NCBI GenBank assembly: GCA_947588785.1 | Contig: CANPZN010000002.1 | Location: 2,123 to 66,122 of the forward strand | DNA: 64,000 nt | Direction of reading: 5' to 3' | Origin: Candidatus Gastranaerophilales bacterium | GTDB taxonomy: Bacteria; Cyanobacteriota; Vampirovibrionia; Gastranaerophilales; Gastranaerophilaceae | Part shown: positions 60,016 through 64,000 of the stretch, piece after piece | Numbering within the stretch: the stretch's first letter is position 1 | Layout of the letters: each line of letters begins with the position of its first letter | Translations under genes and position numbers: made by a program | Notes under the pieces: generated by a model | Database searches by the model: none | Seen by the model: only the letters and a program-made list of their open reading frames with translations | What the model was told of the DNA's origin: nothing

Positions 60016-60783
60016 TTAATTATTATTTATATCAAATAATAATTTTGCTCCGTAAAGTGTTAAATCGGGATTAATATAGTCAAACTTACGTCTTAGATAT
60101 TTACTGATTACGTTAGAGAATCCGCCTGTCGCAATTATTATTGCTTTTTCACCTAATTCACGTTCGCATTCAAAAATAAGACCGTCTATCATTGCAGCAT
60201 GTCCTCTTACAATACCTGATAGCATAGCATCAATTGTATTTCTGCCAATAGCTTTTTCCGGAGCTTCAATATTAAGTTTAGGTAATTTTGATGTTTTACG
60301 GCTTAGAGCTTCTGCTTGTATATTCATTCCGGCTGTAATAATTCCTCCGATAAATTCTTTTTGTTTATTAACAATGTCAAAAGATGTAGCTGTTCCAAAA
60401 TCTACTACTATTGCAGGACAAGCATATAAATTGGCAGCTGCAGCAGCATTAGCTATTCTGTCTGCACCTACTTGAGCCGGATTATCAGTGTCTATCACAA
60501 TATTTGTTTTTATTTTATGCGAAATGATAAATGATGTAATATTAAGATATTTTTTTAGTGCAAGTTCTATTTTTTCGGTAAGCTGAAGTACAACGCTGGA
60601 AATTACTGCATTTGTAATTTTCATATCGCAATAAGTTTCTCTTAATAAATTTTTTATAAAAACGCCATATTCATCCTCGGTTCGTGTTAATTCCGATGAT
60701 AATCTCCAAAAATGAATTAAATTATCTCCGTTAAAAACTCCAATAGTAATATTTGTATTACCAATATCAATAACTAATAACAT
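60016..60783 (-). CDS. coaX: Type III pantothenate kinase
   Basis: Start moved to MLLVIDIGNTNITIGVF. DFGTATSFD, GGF motifs. Confidence 0.9.
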   Translation of the reverse strand: MLLVIDIGNTNITIGVFNGDNLIHFWRLSSELTRTEDEYGVFIKNLLRETYCDMKITNAVISSVVLQLTEKIELALKKYLNITSFIISHKIKTNIVIDTDNPAQVGADRIANAAAAANLYACPAIVVDFGTATSFDIVNKQKEFIGGIITAGMNIQAEALSRKTSKLPKLNIEAPEKAIGRNTIDAMLSGIVRGHAAMIDGLIFECERELGEKAIIIATGGFSNVISKYLRRKFDYINPDLTLYGAKLLFDINNN

Positions 60784-60976
60784 AAATTTCCCTTTTGTTT
60801 TTATTCTACCAAAAACATATTTTATGCTAAAATTATCTTGTCTTGTCCCCTCAAAAATTTTAAAATAACAATATTGAAATTTTAAAACGGCAGATTTAAA
60901 CAATGGACACTTTCAATGGAATATTAAGATATTGAGGGAGTTAAAATCAGATTAAAAAATAGAGTGGAGACTAATT

Positions 60977-61282
60977 ATGTTAGATCTTTTAATACAAAGT
61001 TTTCAAATGAAATCAATGAGTTTTTTTGAGGCAGGAATGTTAATATGTTTTGGAGCAAGTTGGCCTTTTGCGGTAATGAAAACATATAAATCAAAATGCG
61101 TAAAAGGAAAAAGCAGATTATTTTTATCATTAATAATTCTTGGTTATATTTGCGGAATAATTAATAAAATCCTCAATTCTATGGATTTAGTTTTTTGGCT
61201 TTATATTATAAACTTATTGTTAGTGAGTACTGATTTTATGTTTTGTATTATTTACAGACATAGAGAAGAAAATAAAAATTAA
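60977..61282 (+). CDS. Small 3-TM membrane protein (PQ-loop/SemiSWEET-like pattern, weak)
   Basis: ASWPFAVMKTYKSK...GKS...three hydrophobic helices in about 100 aa. Confidence 0.3.
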   Translation: MLDLLIQSFQMKSMSFFEAGMLICFGASWPFAVMKTYKSKCVKGKSRLFLSLIILGYICGIINKILNSMDLVFWLYIINLLLVSTDFMFCIIYRHREENKN

Positions 61283-61296
61283 AGGTAGTTAAGAAA

Positions 61297-62262
61297 ATGA
61301 AAAAAGTATGTTTGTTTCTATTTATCTCAAGCTTATTATTTATTAATAATAATGCATATTCGATAACACCTTCTGCTGATAAAGCTGCGTCTGTTAAGGT
61401 TGATGTAAAAAATAGCAATTTGACGGAAAAAGAAGATGATGTAATAAAAAAATTCAGTTTAAAGAATAAATTTCAACGTTCTGCGGAATCTCAAATACAA
61501 TCATTTTTTAAAAAATATAACAGATATTCGGAAAAGAATGATATAGAGGCTTTAAAAAATCTCTATTCCGATTCTTTTGTTAATAATGACGGGTTTAATA
61601 AAAAAACGATATTTGAATTGATGGAGTTGGCAGTTGATGCATACAAAAATGTTAAATATACAACTACTATAGAAAAAATGAAAATAGACGGAGATTATGC
61701 GGTTGTATATGCTCATGAATATGCGGAAGCAACAACTACGGCTAAACAAGTACAAGTAAATGATTATGGACAGGTTATTTCTGACATTTATTATAAAGAT
61801 TATTTACAAAAAGAGGCTGATGAGTGGAAACTTATTTCAACAACCATAGAATCAGAAAAATTGTATTTAAAATATGGTGAAGCAAAAAAAATGGATATAA
61901 GTGTAACAGCTCCTGAAGTAGTTCCTGCTAATGTTGATTATAATGTGAAAATAAAAACCACTTCACCTGATGGAGTATTTCTATTAGGCTCAATAGTAAA
62001 TGAACAAATTGTGCATCCTCAAACAGAAAAAAAAGAAGTTTATAAATCCATAAAATCCGGAGAATTGCAAAGAATTTTAAAAGCGAATGCTGATAATCAT
62101 AATGAATATGCGACAATTACAATCGGCGTTACAAGACCTATCGTTAATCCGCCGGATATAACATTTAATATGACAGGTATGGCTTTTATTATGGCAAGAG
62201 TTAATGTTGTGAATGATAATAATAATAAAAAAAGTAAGGAGATAGTTAATGGTAAAAAGTAG
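61297..62262 (+). CDS. Secreted protein with NTF2/SnoaL-like N-terminal domain
   Basis: Signal peptide MKKVCLFLFISSLLFINNNAYS. IQSFFKKYNRYSEKNDIEALKNLYSDSF pattern. Confidence 0.4.
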   Translation: MKKVCLFLFISSLLFINNNAYSITPSADKAASVKVDVKNSNLTEKEDDVIKKFSLKNKFQRSAESQIQSFFKKYNRYSEKNDIEALKNLYSDSFVNNDGFNKKTIFELMELAVDAYKNVKYTTTIEKMKIDGDYAVVYAHEYAEATTTAKQVQVNDYGQVISDIYYKDYLQKEADEWKLISTTIESEKLYLKYGEAKKMDISVTAPEVVPANVDYNVKIKTTSPDGVFLLGSIVNEQIVHPQTEKKEVYKSIKSGELQRILKANADNHNEYATITIGVTRPIVNPPDITFNMTGMAFIMARVNVVNDNNNKKSKEIVNGKK

Positions 62263-62743
62263 ACCTCAAAAAAAAGAAACATTTGATATTTTTTTAATAT
62301 TAAAATATATAGTTTTAACAATAGTTTTTGGATGTCTATCATATGGTATAGAATTAATTGTAACATATGCTTGTAAACAATCACCTACCGGAAAATGCGG
62401 AAATGGAATATTAACTTTATATGAAGTTCATAATACCGGTGCTGCGTTCGGAATATTGCAAGATCAATCAGAGGTATTAATAATGGCAGCTATTTTGGCA
62501 TTAATAGCTATTGCTATTTGCGTGGTATTTTTGTCAGGGAAAATGTCATCTACTGCATCATCGGCTTTAGCTGTTTTAAGTGCCGGTATAAGTGTTAATT
62601 TAATTGAAAGAGTATCAACAGGATATGTAGTTGATTATATAAGCATGGATTTTTTACCGGATATTCCTGTATTTAATACTTCAGATATTATGATAATTGT
62701 GGGAGCAATTTGTCTTGTATTCTCTTTATTTACAAGGAGATAA
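62249..62743 (+). CDS. lspA: Lipoprotein signal peptidase
   Basis: NTGAAFG, VVDYISMDF..PVFNTSD motifs, four TM segments. Confidence 0.9.
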   Translation: MVKSRPQKKETFDIFLILKYIVLTIVFGCLSYGIELIVTYACKQSPTGKCGNGILTLYEVHNTGAAFGILQDQSEVLIMAAILALIAIAICVVFLSGKMSSTASSALAVLSAGISVNLIERVSTGYVVDYISMDFLPDIPVFNTSDIMIIVGAICLVFSLFTRR

Positions 62744-62752
62744 TAAAAAATA

Positions 62753-63682
62753 ATGTCTGAAAATAAGTATATTTTTAGTGTCCAATCTTTAAAACAGCCA
62801 ACAAGATTGGACACATTTTTAACAACAGAGAAAATTTTTAAATCACGATCACAAATACAGAATTTAATAAAAAAAAATCAGGTTATGGTGAACGGCAATA
62901 TCAGGAAGTCCTCCTTCTTGGTACAAAATGATGATGAGGTTATAGTATTATTAAGTGATGAATTTTCAGTTATAATAGAACCCGAGAATATAAAGCTGGA
63001 TATTGTGTATGAAGATGAAGATATTTTGGTTGTTAATAAGCCAAAAAATATGCTTACACATCCTACAACGAAAGAAACGACAGGAACACTTGTTAATGCA
63101 TTGTTATATAAGTACGGTTATGAAGGATTATCAGATATAAATGGAATTTTAAGACCCGGAATAGTACATCGTCTTGATAGAAATACTTCTGGTCTGTTAA
63201 TGGTTGCAAAAAATAATGAGTCACATAAATTTTTAACTGAGCAAATACAAAATAAAACAGCAATCAGAAAATATCATGCCATTGTTCATGGTAATTTTGA
63301 CGAACAAACAGGCAAGATAGATTTGCCTATAGGCAGAGATCCTGTAAAACCTGAGAAAATGGCAGTTATTGAAAACGGCAAACCTTCAATAACGGAGTAT
63401 AATGTTATTGAACAATTTAAAGGGTATTCTTTTGTAGAATTGATACTAAAGACAGGAAGAACACATCAAATAAGGGTTCATATGAGTTATATAGGTCATC
63501 CTCTTGTTAATGATTCATTATATAATAAAATACAATTTAAGGTAAAAACTATAGAGCAAGTTCTTCAATCATACAGTCTAAAATTTGCTGTATTAAAAAA
63601 TAATGATATAATTGAACTTAAGTTAGATGCAGATGATGATATCAAAAAAGTTTTAAATTATTTAAGGAGTTGTAACAAATGA
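62753..63682 (+). CDS. rluD: 23S rRNA pseudouridine synthase, RluD family
   Basis: S4 domain, HRLDRNTSGLLMVAKN, TGRTHQIRVH. Confidence 0.93.
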   Translation: MSENKYIFSVQSLKQPTRLDTFLTTEKIFKSRSQIQNLIKKNQVMVNGNIRKSSFLVQNDDEVIVLLSDEFSVIIEPENIKLDIVYEDEDILVVNKPKNMLTHPTTKETTGTLVNALLYKYGYEGLSDINGILRPGIVHRLDRNTSGLLMVAKNNESHKFLTEQIQNKTAIRKYHAIVHGNFDEQTGKIDLPIGRDPVKPEKMAVIENGKPSITEYNVIEQFKGYSFVELILKTGRTHQIRVHMSYIGHPLVNDSLYNKIQFKVKTIEQVLQSYSLKFAVLKNNDIIELKLDADDDIKKVLNYLRSCNK

Positions 63683-64000
63683 AAAATAAAATAGTTTTAA
63701 TGATAATAGAATCAATACTTTTTACTATAGTACTTTTAGCATTGGCACTTAATTTAAAAAATAATACAACTTCTCAGGTAGGAATATCATTTGATGGCGA
63801 GTATACAGTATTAAGTACTTTTTTTGTAGGTTTATTGTTCTATATTATAGGTGTATTTTCAGGATTCGTATATTCCGTAGTTTTGGGGTTAAGATATAAG
63901 GATCAAATAGAATTTTATGCACGTAAAACAGAAAAATTATCACAGCAAAATGAAATAGATTCTGATGATAAAGAGGCTTTGCAAAGAAAAATAGCTTCTT
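63679..64000 (+). CDS. 5' part of a membrane protein (LapA/DUF1049-like), truncated by the window end
   Basis: ATGA overlap with rluD. Two TM helices followed by a coiled-coil-like KTEKLSQQNE segment. Confidence 0.4.
   Translation, partial: MKNKIVLMIIESILFTIVLLALALNLKNNTTSQVGISFDGEYTVLSTFFVGLLFYIIGVFSGFVYSVVLGLRYKDQIEFYARKTEKLSQQNEIDSDDKEALQRKIAS

Overview
This is a visibly AT-rich chromosomal window (roughly 30% G+C by eye, not computed) from a diderm, flagellated bacterium. Gene content would fit a gut Melainabacteria/Gastranaerophilales-like lineage, but that is only a guess. Most of the window is ordinary core genome. Housekeeping genes: uvrA, pyrF, ald, maf, apt, ychF, ruvB, gatA, cysS, aroE, topA, dprA, kdsD-kdsC, coaX, lspA, rluD and one tRNA-Ser(GCU). 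Flagellar genes: flhB next to a FliA-like sigma factor at 10-12 kb, and a basal-body/export block flgF-flgG-flgB-flgC-slt-fliE-fliF-(fliG-like)-fliH-flhA-fliI at 37.6-48.0 kb. I found no CRISPR array, rRNA, transposase, integrase or recognisable defence system. Six things deserve a second look. (1) A dispersed, G+C-rich, modular intergenic repeat family has at least 17 copies or fragments. One is a 390-bp composite array beside the tRNA, two form a near-identical inverted pair bracketing a 3.9-kb segment, and two are read through in frame by ORFs (ruvB and a PHP-like gene). (2) A compact cobalamin-riboswitch-like element lies upstream of a three-gene operon of lineage-specific proteins. (3) A C10 homopolymer splits the second of two tandem SGNH-hydrolase paralogues, so this is a candidate phase-variable locus. 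(4) The protein in the fliG slot has only a FliG_N-like segment. (5) There is a degenerate PHP pseudoenzyme and a GH13-like giant protein. (6) An unannotated 31-codon hydrophobic sORF has its own SD and terminator. All functional calls come from motif recognition by eye. No database search or computation was run.
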